Assembly: GCA_951406725.2 (NCBI GenBank)
Contig: OX597824.1
Coordinates: forward strand, 19,344,001 to 19,408,000
DNA: 64,000 nt
Direction: 5' to 3'
Source: Octopus vulgaris
Taxonomy: Eukaryota
The translations under genes were made by a program, and so were the position numbers. Shown piece after piece: positions 43,525 through 58,456 of this stretch; position 1 is the stretch's first letter; the number at the start of each line of letters is the position of its first letter. Below the pieces are notes generated by a model that was not told where the DNA came from, ran no database searches, and saw only the letters and a program-made list of their open reading frames with translations.

Positions 43525-43558
<34 letters not shown>

Positions 43559-43562
43559 GTGT

Positions 43563-43596
<34 letters not shown>

Positions 43597-44805
43597 GTGT
43601 ATATGAAACCGTGTATGCATTCTATATATGAACGTAAGTATGAATGTATACACGTTTGTTGTATATAGTTGTACCTATGAATAGGTATATATATATATAT
43701 GTGTGTGTATGTGTGTGTGTGAGTGTGGCTATGCGTGTGTGTACATATATACATATACATATATATGTACATATATATATATATATATGTATGTATGTAT
43801 GTATATGTATTTTTCTATAGGTGTAGTATATGTATATATATATATATATATATATGAACACACACATATAGACACGTGTGTGTGTGTGTGTATTTGTGTG
43901 TTTGCGTACGTACGCGTCTGTGCGCATCATAACTGTACGTCTGTTATCATTGGTCGTTATGAGTCATGTGCCGCAGCCATTTTACTCCATTGTGTGTTAG
44001 GGCGTTTCTGCACATGCGCCCATCTACCTGGCCATCATTTTTCCCTGAAAAATTTCCCCTTCCTTATGCGCTCTTTGTTTGTTTGTTTGTCTGTTTGTTG
44101 TTTGATGGTGGGGATTTGAACTAATTAAACCAACTGCTGCAATCGCCAGCTCGATCTTATCTTGATTTTGAAGGGAATTCTTACATTGATGACGTAGCGA
44201 GCCAAGACGCTTGCCTTTGTAGCTAATTAGTCAAGATGGCTGGTGCTGCGCAGAATATTTAGCATGCCTCTACGCCGCCTGGTGGATTCCCGGCTGGAAA
44301 GTGAGCAAATTATACAAATATGCGCTTGTACTCACACACACACACACACACACACACACATGCACATGCACACGCACACACGCACACACATGCACACACA
44401 TGCACACACACACACATGCACACACACACACGCACGCACGCAAGCACACACATATACAGGCAAACGCATTCGCACACACACAGAGTCAGACACACACGCA
44501 CAGATACACACACCGACACGGACACTCTCACACATATACACATATGCACATACACACACATGCACACACACATACACACACGCACGCACTCGCACGCACA
44601 CAGAATCAGACACACGCACAGAGATACACACACCGACACGGACACTCACACATACATACACATATCCACATATACACACATGCATACAGATACACACACA
44701 CACACACACGCGCACTCGCAAGCACACAGAGTCAGACACACACGCAGAGATACACATACCGACACATATACATATACATATACATACAGACATACATATA
44801 TATAT

Positions 44806-44864
<59 letters not shown>

Positions 44865-44939
44865 AGGCGCAATGGCCCAGTGGTTATATATGTAGGTATG
44901 TACATATATGTATGTACATATGCATATATTTTTATATTA

Positions 44940-45330
44940 TGGCTGTGTGGTAAGTAGCTTGCTAACCAGCCACATGGTTCCGGGTTCAGTCCCACTGCGT
45001 GGCATCTTGGGCAAGTGTCTTCTGCTATAGCCCCGGGCTGACCAATGCCTTTTGAGTGGATTTGGTAGATGGAAACTGAAAGAAGCCTGTCGTATATATG
45101 TATATAAATATATGTATGTGTGTGTATATGTTTGTGTGTCTGTGTTTGTCCCCCTAGCATTACTTGACAACTGATGCTGGTGTGTCTACGTCCCCGCCAC
45201 CTAGCGGTTCGGCAAAAAGAGACCGATAGAATAAGTACTGGTCTTACAAAGAATAAGTCCTGGGGTCGATCTGCTCGACTAAAGGCGGTGCTCCAGCATG
45301 GCCGCAGTCAAATGACTGAAACAAGTAAAA
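44940..45330 (+). mobile_element. SINE family A
   Basis: Near-complete unit. Confidence 0.92.
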
Positions 45331-45516
45331 AAAGAAAAAAAGAATATGCATGCGTACATGCCTATATATGCATATACATGATATTTAAACACACACACAC
45401 ACGTACATACATGTAGATATATGTATAGATATAAATATCTCTGCGTGTGCACATTTATATATGTATATATATCCCGAGGCAGACAGGCAGGTAGACAAAC
45501 AGACAGACAGACAGAC

Positions 45517-45604
<88 letters not shown>

Positions 45605-45764
45605 TGATAGATATGCATATATAACAGACATATCTGTATATATCTATATGCGAGAAATCACGAGAAACAACTTTATATCATTTGTTCCTACGTCCGTTTC
45701 ACCATTGTGCTTGTTTGAGGTTCGCTATAGCGGTTCGTCAGAGTAAGTCTCTATCGCGTTATGT

Positions 45765-45911
45765 TACAGAGAACTAAAGTTTAGCATTCCGTTGTACAGA
45801 GAACTAAAGTTTAGCATTCCGTTGTACAGAGAACTAAGGTTTAGCATTCCGTTGTACAGAGAACTAAAGTTTAGCATTCCGTTGTACAGAGAACTAAAGT
45901 TTAGCATTCCG
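45765..45911. repeat. 30-bp minisatellite, about 4.9 copies
   Basis: tacagagaactaaagtttagcattccgttg repeated head-to-tail with one substitution and no spacers. Confidence 0.97.
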
Positions 45912-46128
45912 ATTCAGAGTTCTAAATAGCCACAATGGTGAGACGTATGTAGGAACAAGTGAGATAAACTTATCTGTATCAGAATATCTCCTACATTTGC
46001 ACAGTATATCATAACCATTAACATTACTTAGTCGAGTAGTAGCCAAACCGTTACACAGGAAACAGACTGGACGACGATAATCTACGTGGAGCTCTAAATA
46101 TAAAAGCAACAACCGGACATCTAATTGT

Positions 46129-46171
<43 letters not shown>

Positions 46172-46807
46172 CATACACACACATATACATACATGCATAC
46201 ACACAAATATACACACATACATACACATATACACACATACATACACACACATATACAGACATACATACACACACACATACACACATACACACACACATAT
46301 ACACACATATACACACATATACACACATACATACACACACATATACACACATGCACACACACACATATACACACATACACACATACACATATACACACAT
46401 ACATACACACACATACACACATATATGTATCTATGTTGATATATATGTACTTGTGTATATATGCATGTATTTTAGTGTGTGTGTGTGTGTATGTGTGTAT
46501 ACCTGCATGAATGCATGCATACATGTATGTATACATCTAATTGTATACACACACATACACATAAACTTTTGCATGCATGTATGTAGGTATGTATGCATGC
46601 ATGCATGTATGTATATATGTGTGTATGCATGCATCTGTGTTTGCATGTGTGTATGTATGTACTTTTGTATGTATATTTGTGTGTGTGTATGTATAAATGC
46701 ATGAATTCATACATATATGTATGTATACATCTAATTGTATACACACACACATATGCATGCATGTATGTATGTATGTATGTATGTATTCTCTTTTTCTCTT
46801 TTTTTTC

Positions 46808-47209
46808 TCTTTTACTTGTTTCAGTCATTTGACTGCAGCCATGCTTGAGCACCGCCTTTAATCGAGCAACTCGACCCCGGGACTTATTCTTTTGTAAGCC
46901 CAGTACTTATTCTATCGGTCTCTTTTTGCCGAACCGCTAAGTTACGGGGACATAAACACACCAGCAACGGTTGTCAAGCAATGCTAGGGGGACAAACACA
47001 GACACACAAACACACACACACACATACATATATATACATATATACGACGGGCTTCTTTCAGTTTCCGTCTACCAAATCCACTCACAAGGCTTTGGTCGGC
47101 CCGAGGCTATAGTAGAAGGCACTTGCTCAACGTGCTATGCAGTGGGACTGAACCCGGAACCATGTGGTTGGTAGACAAGCTACTTACCACACAGCCACTC
47201 CTGCGCCTA
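46808..47209 (-). mobile_element. Full-length SINE family A
   Basis: Reverse complement of the unit, ending acagccactcctgcgccta. Confidence 0.93.
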
Positions 47210-47404
47210 TGTATGTATGTCATTGTTCAGTTTTTTTTCGAGTTTTCTTGCCAATAGAGAAAGAACCGGTTTCTAACCTAGATCCAAGGCTCCTTCATTG
47301 GAATTTCAACATCAACAGCAGGATATTTTTGAATATTATATGTGTATGTATGTATGTATGTATGTAAGTATGTATGTATGTATGTATGTATGTATGTATG
47401 TATG

Positions 47405-47435
<31 letters not shown>

Positions 47436-47486
47436 GTATGCGTGTAGATGTGTATGTTTCACTTTATGTATGTCTTCTCATACATA

Positions 47487-48123
47487 TAGGCGCAGGAGTG
47501 GCTGTGTGGTAAGTAGCTTGTTTACCAACCACATGGTTCCGGGTTCATTCCCACTGCGTGGCACCTTGGGCAAGTGTCTTCTACTATAGCCTCGGGCCGA
47601 CCAAAGCCTTGTGAGTGGATTTGGTAGACGGAAACTGAAAGAAGCCCGTCGTATATATGTATATATATATATATGCGTGTGTGTGTTTGTGTGTCTGTGT
47701 TTGTCCCCCTAGCATTGCTTGACAACCGATGCTGGTGTGTTTATGTCCCCGTTACTTAGCGGTTCGGCAAAAGAGACCGATAGAATAAGTACTGGGCTTA
47801 CAAAAGAATAAGTCCCCGGTGTCGAGTTGCTCGATTAAAGGCGGGGCTCCAGCATGGCCGCAGTCAAATGACTGAAACAAGTAAAAGAGTAAAAGAGTAT
47901 GCGTGTGTGTGTTTGTGTGTCTGTGTTTGTCCCCCTAGCATTGCTTGACAACCGATGCTGGTGTGTTTATGTCCCCGTTACTTAGCGGTTCGGCAAAAGA
48001 GACCGATAGAATAAGTACTGGGCTTACAAAAGAATAAGTCCCCGGTGTCGAGTTGCTCGATTAAAGGTGGTGCTCCAGCATGGCCGCAGTCAAATGACTG
48101 AAACAAGTAAAAGAGTAAAAGAG
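47487..48123 (+). mobile_element. Full-length SINE family A plus near-exact tandem copy of its 3' half (47898-48123)
   Basis: The second block repeats tatgcgtgtgtgt...gtccccggtgtcgag...gtaaaagagtaaaagag. Confidence 0.93.
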
Positions 48124-48129
48124 TATATA

Positions 48130-48285
48130 ATTGCATATCTAGACATGTTCATATATACTGAAATGATAAACTTCTGGAAAGTTTTACAGTTCCAGTGATG
48201 GATTCGATCTGTAGTCTTCGAATCAGACTTCTCCTTTCTGGTTTTGAGAAGCCAAATTCCTCAAGATTGGTATTTACTTCTGTAG
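48130..48285 (-). pseudogene. C-terminal remnant of an RLE-bearing (R4/NeSL-like) non-LTR retrotransposon
   Basis: NTNLEEFGFSKPERRSLIRRLQIESITGTVK resembles, from memory, the L..LG....I..LQ.....GT.KI terminus that follows the RLE domain. Confidence 0.45.
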
Positions 48286-48351
48286 CTTCCTTCTCCGGTC
48301 TTTCACACACTTTCCAGCAACAAATTTTCCGTTTCCAAAGCCTCTGCCGAC

Positions 48352-48378
48352 CCATACATACATACATACATACATACA

Positions 48379-48412
<34 letters not shown>

Positions 48413-48812
48413 CATACATACATACATACATACATACATACCTACATACATTCATACATACATACATACACATACATACATACATACATACATACATACA
48501 TACATACATACATAAATATATGCATACATACATACATACATAAATATATACATACATACATACATACATACATAAATATATACATACATACATACATACA
48601 TACATACCTACATACATTCATACATACATATATACATGCATACATACATACATACATATATACATACATACATACATACATAAATATATGCATACATACA
48701 TACATACATAAATATATACATACATACATACATACATACATACCTACATACATTCATACATACATACATACATACATGCATACATACATACATACATACC
48801 TACATACATTCA

Positions 48813-48845
<33 letters not shown>

Positions 48846-49668
48846 TCGTGTGTGTGTGTGTGTATGTATGTATTATGTGTATGTGTGTATATATCTATAT
48901 ATGCATGTGTGTATGTGTGTATGTATGTCTGTATGTGTGTGCGTGATTGCGCGTGTGTGTGTGTGCACGTGTGTGTATACGGGAGTGTGCGTGTATGTAC
49001 AAATGTGTGTGTGTGTGTGTTCAGGTGTGTGTGCAAGTGTGTGTGCCGGATTATGTGTGTGTATTATGAATGTGTGTATGGGTGTATATATCTATATATG
49101 CATGTGTGTATGTGTGTATGTATGTCTGTATGTGTGTGCGCGATTGCGCGTGTGTGTGTGTGTGCACGTGTGTGTAAACGGGAGTGTGCGTGTGTCTGTG
49201 TATGTACAAATGTGTGTGTGTGTGCAGGTGTGTGTGTGTGTGTGTGCAGGTATGTGTGCAGCTGTGTGCCGGATTATGTGTGTGTATTATGAATGTGTGT
49301 ATGGGTGTATATATCTATATATGCATGTGTGTATATGTGTATGTATGTCTGTATGTGTGAGCGTGATTGCGCGTGTGTGTGCACGTGTGTGTATACGGGA
49401 GTGTGTGTGTGCGTGTATGTACAAATGTGTGTGTGTGTGCAGGTGTGTGTGTGTGCAGGTGTGTGTGTGTGTGTGTGCAGGTATGTGTGTGCAGGTGTGT
49501 GTGTGTCGGTTTATGTGTGTGTGTACACGTGTGCGTAAACGGGAAGGTGCGTGTATGTACAAATGTGTATGTGTGTGTGCAGGTGTGTGTGTGTGTGTGT
49601 GTACAGGTATGTGTGTGCCGGTTTATGTGTGTGCCGGTTTATGTGTGTGTGTGTGTGTGTGTGTGTTT
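48352..49668. repeat. (ACAT)n tract followed by GT-rich composite repeat with ~200-bp higher-order period
   Basis: Recurring landmarks gattgcgcgtgtg, acgggagtgtg, gtacaaatgtg and gccggattatg. Confidence 0.9.
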
Positions 49669-50163
49669 ACGAACTCAGGCATGGCCGATTGGGTATTTCG
49701 TTTTTACGATGATGAGTTCTACTGCAATTCCATTGCGTGGCGTCAATTAGCATCGCCTCGAGTCGACAGAAACCTTAGGAGTAGCCATTCCCTTGATAGA
49801 AAAAAGTGTGAAAGACCTGAGGGGGTGGGGGCTATGCGAGTAATTCTTTGCCGCATATTGCCGCACAGTAATTAGGCTAGAGTGGAGGTGCATAGCTTAG
49901 TGGTTAGGGTGTTGCATTTGTTATCCTAAGAACGTGGTTTCCATTCTTCTTTCAGTTACCGTCTACCTGCCAAATCCCCTCACAAGCCTTTGGTCGGCCC
50001 GAAGCTATAACAGAAGACACTTGCCCAAGGTTCCATGCAGTGGGACAGAACCCGGACCCACATGGTTGGGAAGACAAATATTTTGGTCGAATGAACTGAC
50101 CACAGGTTTGTTTAAAATCTTCGCTCTTATTCTTTTTGCAAATTTCTTACCACACAGCCACGT

Positions 50164-50207
<44 letters not shown>

Positions 50208-50412
50208 TCACCGCTTGAAAACTTGTGCTGTTGTGTTTTACGGGGACATAAACACGCAGCGAGCGGTCCAGCAAAAGAATAAGAGCCAAGCTTTTAAACA
50301 AACCTGTGGTCAGTTCATTCGACCAAAATATTCTTCAAAGCAGTACCCCAGAAAAAGAAAACGAAAGATATCGAGAATATATATATATTTCTTTTTTTTT
50401 TTTTTTTTTTTT

Positions 50413-50794
50413 TTACTTGTTTCAGTCATTTGACTGCGGCCATGCTGGAGCACCGCCTTTGTCGAGCAGTTCGACCCCGGGACTTATTCTTTGTAAGCCC
50501 AGTACTTATTCTATCGGTCTCTTTTTGCCGAACCGCTAAGTAACGGGGACATAAACATACCAGCATCGGTTGTCGAGCAATGCTAGGGGGACAAACACAG
50601 ACACACAAACACACACACACATACATATATACGACAGGCTTCTTTTAGTTTCCGTCTACCAAATCCACTCACAAGGTATTGGTTGGCCCGAGGCTATAGT
50701 AGAAGACACTTGCCCAAGATGCCACGCAGTGGGACTGAACCCGGAACCATGTGGTTGGTAAGCAAGCTACTTACCACACAGCCACTCCTGCGCC
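50413..50794 (-). mobile_element. Full-length SINE family A
   Basis: Reverse complement of the unit. Confidence 0.93.
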
Positions 50795-51034
50795 ATATAT
50801 GTGTGTAATGTATATATAATGTATACGTATTCATAAATTTATGCATTTATAAGTGTGTGTGAGAGAGAGAGTGAGAGAGAGAGAAAGAGAGAATATACGT
50901 GGAAAGATGCGTGTGTATTTATCCATTTATCTATCTATCTATCTAATTATCTTTGTCTGTCTGCCTGTTTTTATATGTGGCTATCAATCCCTCCATCGAT
51001 CAATATCTATCTATCTATTTCTTTATCTATCTCT

Positions 51035-51120
<86 letters not shown>

Positions 51121-51130
51121 GTATATATAT

Positions 51131-51490
51131 ACTCTTTTACTCTTTTACTTGTTTCAGTCATTTGACTGCGGCCATGCTGGAGCACCGCCTTCAATCGAGC
51201 AACTCGACGCCGAGACTTATTCTTTTGTAAGCCCATTACTTATTCTATCGGTCTCTTTTGCCGAACCGCTAGTAACGGAAACATAAACATACCAGCATCG
51301 GTTGTCAAGCAATGCTAGGGGTACAAACACAGACACACAAACACACACACGCATATATATATATATATATACATATATACGACGGGCTTCTTTCAGTTTC
51401 CGTCTACCAAATCCACTTGCCCAAGGTGCCACGCAGTGGGACTGAACCCGGAACCGTGTGGTTGGTAAACAAGCTACTTACCACACAGCC
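51131..51490 (-). mobile_element. SINE family A with internal deletion
   Basis: Reverse complement of the unit with deletion junction aaatccac|ttgcccaagg. Confidence 0.9.
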
Positions 51491-51563
51491 ATACATACAT
51501 ATGTATACAAAATATGCAAATCCATATATATATATATATGTGTGTGTGTGTGTAGCCATTCAT

Positions 51564-51653
<90 letters not shown>

Positions 51654-52521
51654 GGCAAGAAGAAAATGGAGGGGATCCAGAGAAAGTATGCATCAACCGT
51701 ATAAATTAAGCGTAAACCACGTTTTACCCTCACCTATTTATTACGCTCAATAGTGAAATTGCCATGCAATAACCAACACCTTTATATCTATAATTGTGGG
51801 TATATTATCAGCAGTATATTTGGATAGATACTATCCCTCGGTTGGATTCACAACCCCTAACTCTCTTTGAATTATATATCTATATATATATATATATATA
51901 CACACATATATATATATAGCCAGCCAGTCAGCTATGAAACTATCTACCTATCCGCCATCACTCTCTCTATCTCTTATTTATATTATACTAATTGCTCGCT
52001 CGCTCGTTCTCTCGTCTGTATCAGTCCCAAATCTGGTTCACACACAAGGAATCCAGATGCTGAAATTCTTTCAAGAGAAACATCCCATCATACACTAAGA
52101 GCCACACCCATCGGCATCTACCATACCTCATCAGGGAACCAAAATAACCAAATATTTTACATTCTCACGCAAAATGAGCGACATTTTCAATTAACGAAAA
52201 ATCCACAACACATCCTATATTGAGACCAATTCCACAGACCCAATAATTCTATTCTCTCGTAAATAAGGTGGGTTATAGATCGTAACACGTTACTCTGAAT
52301 ATAAACCTTCTTAATTTGTAAATCGAAATGGTTTCGCGCCTCCTTGCAAATTTGGTATCATCTGCTCAATATTTATTTCTTTATTGCCCACAAAGGATTA
52401 AACATACAGAGGACAAACAACAAGTCCTGGGGTCAATTTGCTCGACTAAAATTGCGTTGCTCCAGCATGGCCGCAGTCAAATGACTGAAACAAGTAAAAG
52501 AATAAATGAATACATACATAC

Positions 52522-52649
52522 ATGCCACGCAGTGGGACTGCGTGGCATCTTGGGCAAGTGTCTTCTGCTATAGCCCCGGGCCGACCAATGCCTTGTGAGT
52601 GGATTTGGTAGACGGAAACTGAAATAAGCCTGTCGTATATATGTATATA

Positions 52650-52724
<75 letters not shown>

Positions 52725-52945
52725 TTGTGTGTCTGTGTTTGTCTCTCTAGCATTGCTTGACAACCGATGCTGGTGTGTTTACGTCCCCGTCACTTAGCGG
52801 TTCGGCAAAAGAGACCGATAGAATAAGTACTGGGCTTACAAAAGGATAAGTCCCGGGGTCGATTTGCTCGACTAAAGGCGGTGCTCCAGCATGGCCGCAG
52901 TCAGTCAAATGACTGAAACAAGTAAAAGAGTAAAAGAGTAAAGAG
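52522..52945 (+). mobile_element. SINE family A whose head is replaced by a short foldback
   Basis: atgccacgcagt-ggg-actgcgtggcat, then the normal body and tail. Confidence 0.88.
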
Positions 52946-53508
52946 TATGCGTATGTGTATGTGTGTGTGTGTGTATGTGTGCGTGCATGCGCATGCGCTT
53001 GTGTGTGTGTGCGTGCATGCGCATGCGCTTGTGTGTGTGTGTACATATGGCAGTTAACATCAATTTGTTCTTTCAATGAAAAAAAAGGCTTCTTAACTTC
53101 TCTTCTAAAGAAATACACCAACTTTTGATGTTTTCTAAAAGACTTGATTTGATGGCATTCAAAGAATGTGACCATCATGTCATTTAGGATTGGCACAACT
53201 GCAGTGACATTGACAGATTACCTGTGAAGATAGACATCGGCATGTTCCATGAAATAATATATGCTAAGGATTGTAAGTGTTCTAACAATGTTTCTTAACT
53301 TACAACGCGATTATGCAGCCAGGTTTTGTTTTTTGTTTCCATTTTTGGTTGCAGTTGTTTTGTTTTGTTTTGTTTTGATATTTTGTTTTTTTGTTTTTTC
53401 CTGTTCAGTTCTGTTTGTTTGCTTTTTTTTTTTTTTTTTGTACTGATTTATTTAATTTGTTTTCATGTTAGAAGACAATACTCTTGATGCTTTTCTCAAA
53501 ACATAAAT

Positions 53509-53510
<2 letters not shown>

Positions 53511-53571
<61 letters not shown>

Positions 53572-53614
53572 CATAATAATAATCATAATAATAATAATCA
53601 TAATAATAATAATC

Positions 53615-53673
<59 letters not shown>

Positions 53674-53713
53674 CATAATAATAATCATAATAATAATAAT
53701 CATAATAATAATC

Positions 53714-53754
<41 letters not shown>

Positions 53755-53815
53755 CATAATAATAATCATAATAATAATAATAATAATCATAATAATAATC
53801 ATAATAATAATAATC

Positions 53816-53877
<62 letters not shown>

Positions 53878-53890
53878 CATAATAATAATC

Positions 53891-53939
<49 letters not shown>

Positions 53940-54004
53940 CAACAACAGCAACAACAACAACAATAGCAACAACAATAACAATAACAATAATAATAATAAT
54001 AATA
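53511..54004. repeat. (AAT)n tract with periodic CAT variants
   Basis: Directly visible. Confidence 0.97.
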
Positions 54005-54006
54005 AA

Positions 54007-54561
54007 TGCCCTGATGCAGTACCAGGCAGTGGCTCTCATGGCTTCTGATCTCAACTGATTGGAAGTGTTATTATGTACATAGTTTTGTCTTGGTGTAAAA
54101 GATGGTCTACAGCAAATATTCTGCTCAATACCGCAGATTTGCTTGTCAGTTGTTTGACCTTAACCAGTTGAGCATGTCCCTTAGTGGCTGACAATATGTG
54201 CATCTCTGATCACGAGCAGAAGTAGTGGGGGAGCATCATAGCCATGTGTTGAGAGGGATTCTTTGGGGTTTGAATAGTTCACCTCTGGAAACATGGGTGG
54301 TTCTTTCAACATCCTTAAACAACCCTTATTCAGGGACCGTTTGAGCGGGATGGGCTACTCAACCTGAAGAAAATTCTAACTGGGCCCCACCTGCAAGGTC
54401 ATGTGCTGTTTAATATGATATGAGATCACCATGTCGCGCACATATGGTTGTGATGCATGTGCCTGGTGTACCTTTATCAGACGGGTAGCCATGATGGGTA
54501 TATTGGGCTTCGTATATTTTACCCCAGTGTCACTTTGATGGCATGAACTGCTCTCTCACTC
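54007..54561. mobile_element. ~555-bp non-coding element embedded in (AAT)n, copy 1
   Basis: tgccctgatgcagtaccagg...ctctctcactc, collinear with 54706-55258 and flanked by (AAT)n. Confidence 0.85.
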
Positions 54562-54579
54562 AATAATAATAATAATAAT

Positions 54580-54612
<33 letters not shown>

Positions 54613-54627
54613 AACAACAACAATAAC

Positions 54628-54692
<65 letters not shown>

Positions 54693-54705
54693 TAATAATA
54701 GTAAC

Positions 54706-55258
54706 TGTCCTGATGCAGTACCAGACACTGGCTCTCATGACTTCTGATCTCAACTGATTGGAAGTGTTATCATGTACATAGTTTTGTCTTGGTGTAAAAG
54801 ATGGGCTACAGCAAATATTCTGCGCAATACCGCAGATTTGCTTGTCAGTTGTTTAACCGTAACCAGTTAAGTATGTCTCTTAGTGGCTGACAATATGTGC
54901 ATCTCTGATCACGAGCAGAAGAAGTGGGGGAGCATCAAAGCCATGTGTTGGGAGGAATTCTTTGGGGTTTAAATAAGTCACCCTTGGAAACATGAGTGTT
55001 TCGTTCAAAATCCTTAAACAACCCTTATTCAGGGACCTTTTGGGCAAGTTGGGCTACTCTACCTAAAGAAAAATTTAACTGGGCCCCACCTGCAAGGTCA
55101 AGTGCTGTTTATCTTGATATGAAATCATGTCGCGCACATATGGTTGTGATGCATGTGCCTGGTGTACCCTTATTAGCCGGGTAGTCATGATGGGTATACT
55201 GGGTTTTGTATATTTGTACCCCAGTATCACTTTGATGGCATGCGCTACTCTCTCACTC
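54706..55258. mobile_element. ~555-bp non-coding element embedded in (AAT)n, copy 2
   Basis: Same termini and orientation as copy 1, with many scattered substitutions. Flanked by (AAT)n. Confidence 0.85.
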
Positions 55259-55268
55259 AATAATAATA

Positions 55269-55405
<137 letters not shown>

Positions 55406-55599
55406 AATAACAATAATAATAATAATAATGATAATAAAGTGTTCAAGCTACTTACCACACAGGCACTTCGTGCGCTTGATCATGATCGTGAAATTGTAGT
55501 TTCGATTCCTGAACCGAACGATGCATTGGACAAAACACATCATTCTTGTTCCAGACCATCCAGGCAGCAAAAGAGAATGATCCTACGATAGACTGACGC

Positions 55600-56862
<1,263 letters not shown>

Positions 56863-57296
56863 GGTTCCGGAAAATTGATGCTGTATCCGTATTTAGTCAC
56901 GATTTTCTACCGAAATACAACAGGAATCGTTCGTTACTCAACAACGATTGTATCAACCATAGAACACGCTGGCCTCAGCTGGGCATCGCAATTATCGTCT
57001 TTTTGCCAGGAACTCATCGATTATTCACTAGTTCTTTCACACATATATGTATTCTTTCTCCCTTTTTTTCCCCCCTTTTTGTTCTTGTCTTGTTTTTTTT
57101 TTTTGTACTCATTAATTTATTTCAGTAAACAACGATGGACCAAGTAAACATCATCCTTCCTCGTTATGTATCTAAAGTCCAGTCCTCCACGACCAGTTTA
57201 ATCTTTCATTGTTCACCACCTCAACATCGCCACCACTACCACCGACACCACCACCCGTCTTCACACGCTGCTACATGTCACCACCACCTCACCTCC

Positions 57297-57327
<31 letters not shown>

Positions 57328-57458
57328 ACAACCACCAGCAATAATCTCATCGGCTTGACCATTCACCCCCGCCGTCTACTCTGCCGATCAAACTGTGCGG
57401 TTGGTTGGCCGGCTTATATAAATAGCCACTGACCGCTAACACAGTCTATTAGCCGTGT

Positions 57459-57503
<45 letters not shown>

Positions 57504-57924
57504 AACAACTATTACTATTACACCACTGCTACCAGCTCCTCCACCATTACCACGCACACCCCCTCGTCCCCTTATAATGGCGTTGCGGACGATGACCGGG
57601 CATCGGGATAAAATGAGAGCAACGTGGCAAAAGGCATATCATTTGACAGCTCCGCTGACCACCATCGATTTGTTTCAGATGGTCAAGCCACTGGACAGTG
57701 TTAAAACCTCCACACCCCAACGCCGCCACTCCGTCGCCGCTAGACAAGCACGCACGAATAGAGACACACAGACACACAGCTCGTGAAAGCGTGCGCACAC
57801 ACATGTACAGCCACTTGACCACGGAAGCACGGACAGAATGGGATGAGAGGGGCGATGATGAAGAAGGGATAAACATTATTACTACACAAACGAGCAATTT
57901 GTTGGTCGTATTTACACATTAGCG

Positions 57925-57936
57925 GACACACACACA

Positions 57937-57976
<40 letters not shown>

Positions 57977-58023
57977 GTAACCAGTGGACATGCACACAGT
58001 GATTGACTGATACAGATACACAG

Positions 58024-58069
<46 letters not shown>

Positions 58070-58424
58070 ACATACATACGACATAAGCACACGCAGACAA
58101 TAGCAAACTGTGGAGACACACACACACACACACACACGCAATAATCAGTGGACACGCACACAGTGATTGACTGATACATATACAGACACACACACACACA
58201 CACACACATACACATACGTACAATATACACATACACAGCAATAGCGACCATATACATACACACACGCATTGAGTGACCAGCAAACACACACTCACAGACA
58301 CACATACATACATACATACATACATACATACATACATACATAAATACATACATAAATGCATACATAAATACATACATGCATGCATACATACATACATAAA
58401 TACATACATACATGCATACATACA

Positions 58425-58456
<32 letters not shown>

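Noticed and set aside
45712-45745. Minus-strand CTGACGA...GCTATAGC-GAAC hammerhead candidate
   Set aside because: The core GAAA and stems I and III are missing.
45765-45911. 30-bp direct repeats resembling a CRISPR array
   Set aside because: Units are contiguous with no spacers, there are no cas genes, and the context is eukaryotic. It is a minisatellite.
52105-52140. Minus-strand CTGATGA-GGTAT(GGTAG)ATGCC-GA hammerhead candidate
   Set aside because: Stem II pairs, but it is followed by GATGG rather than GAAA, and there is no stem III or cleavage triplet.
57360-57460. TATA-box promoter (TATATAAATAG in a GC-richer patch)
   Set aside because: No supported downstream gene, and TATA-like words are ubiquitous in this AT-rich sequence.
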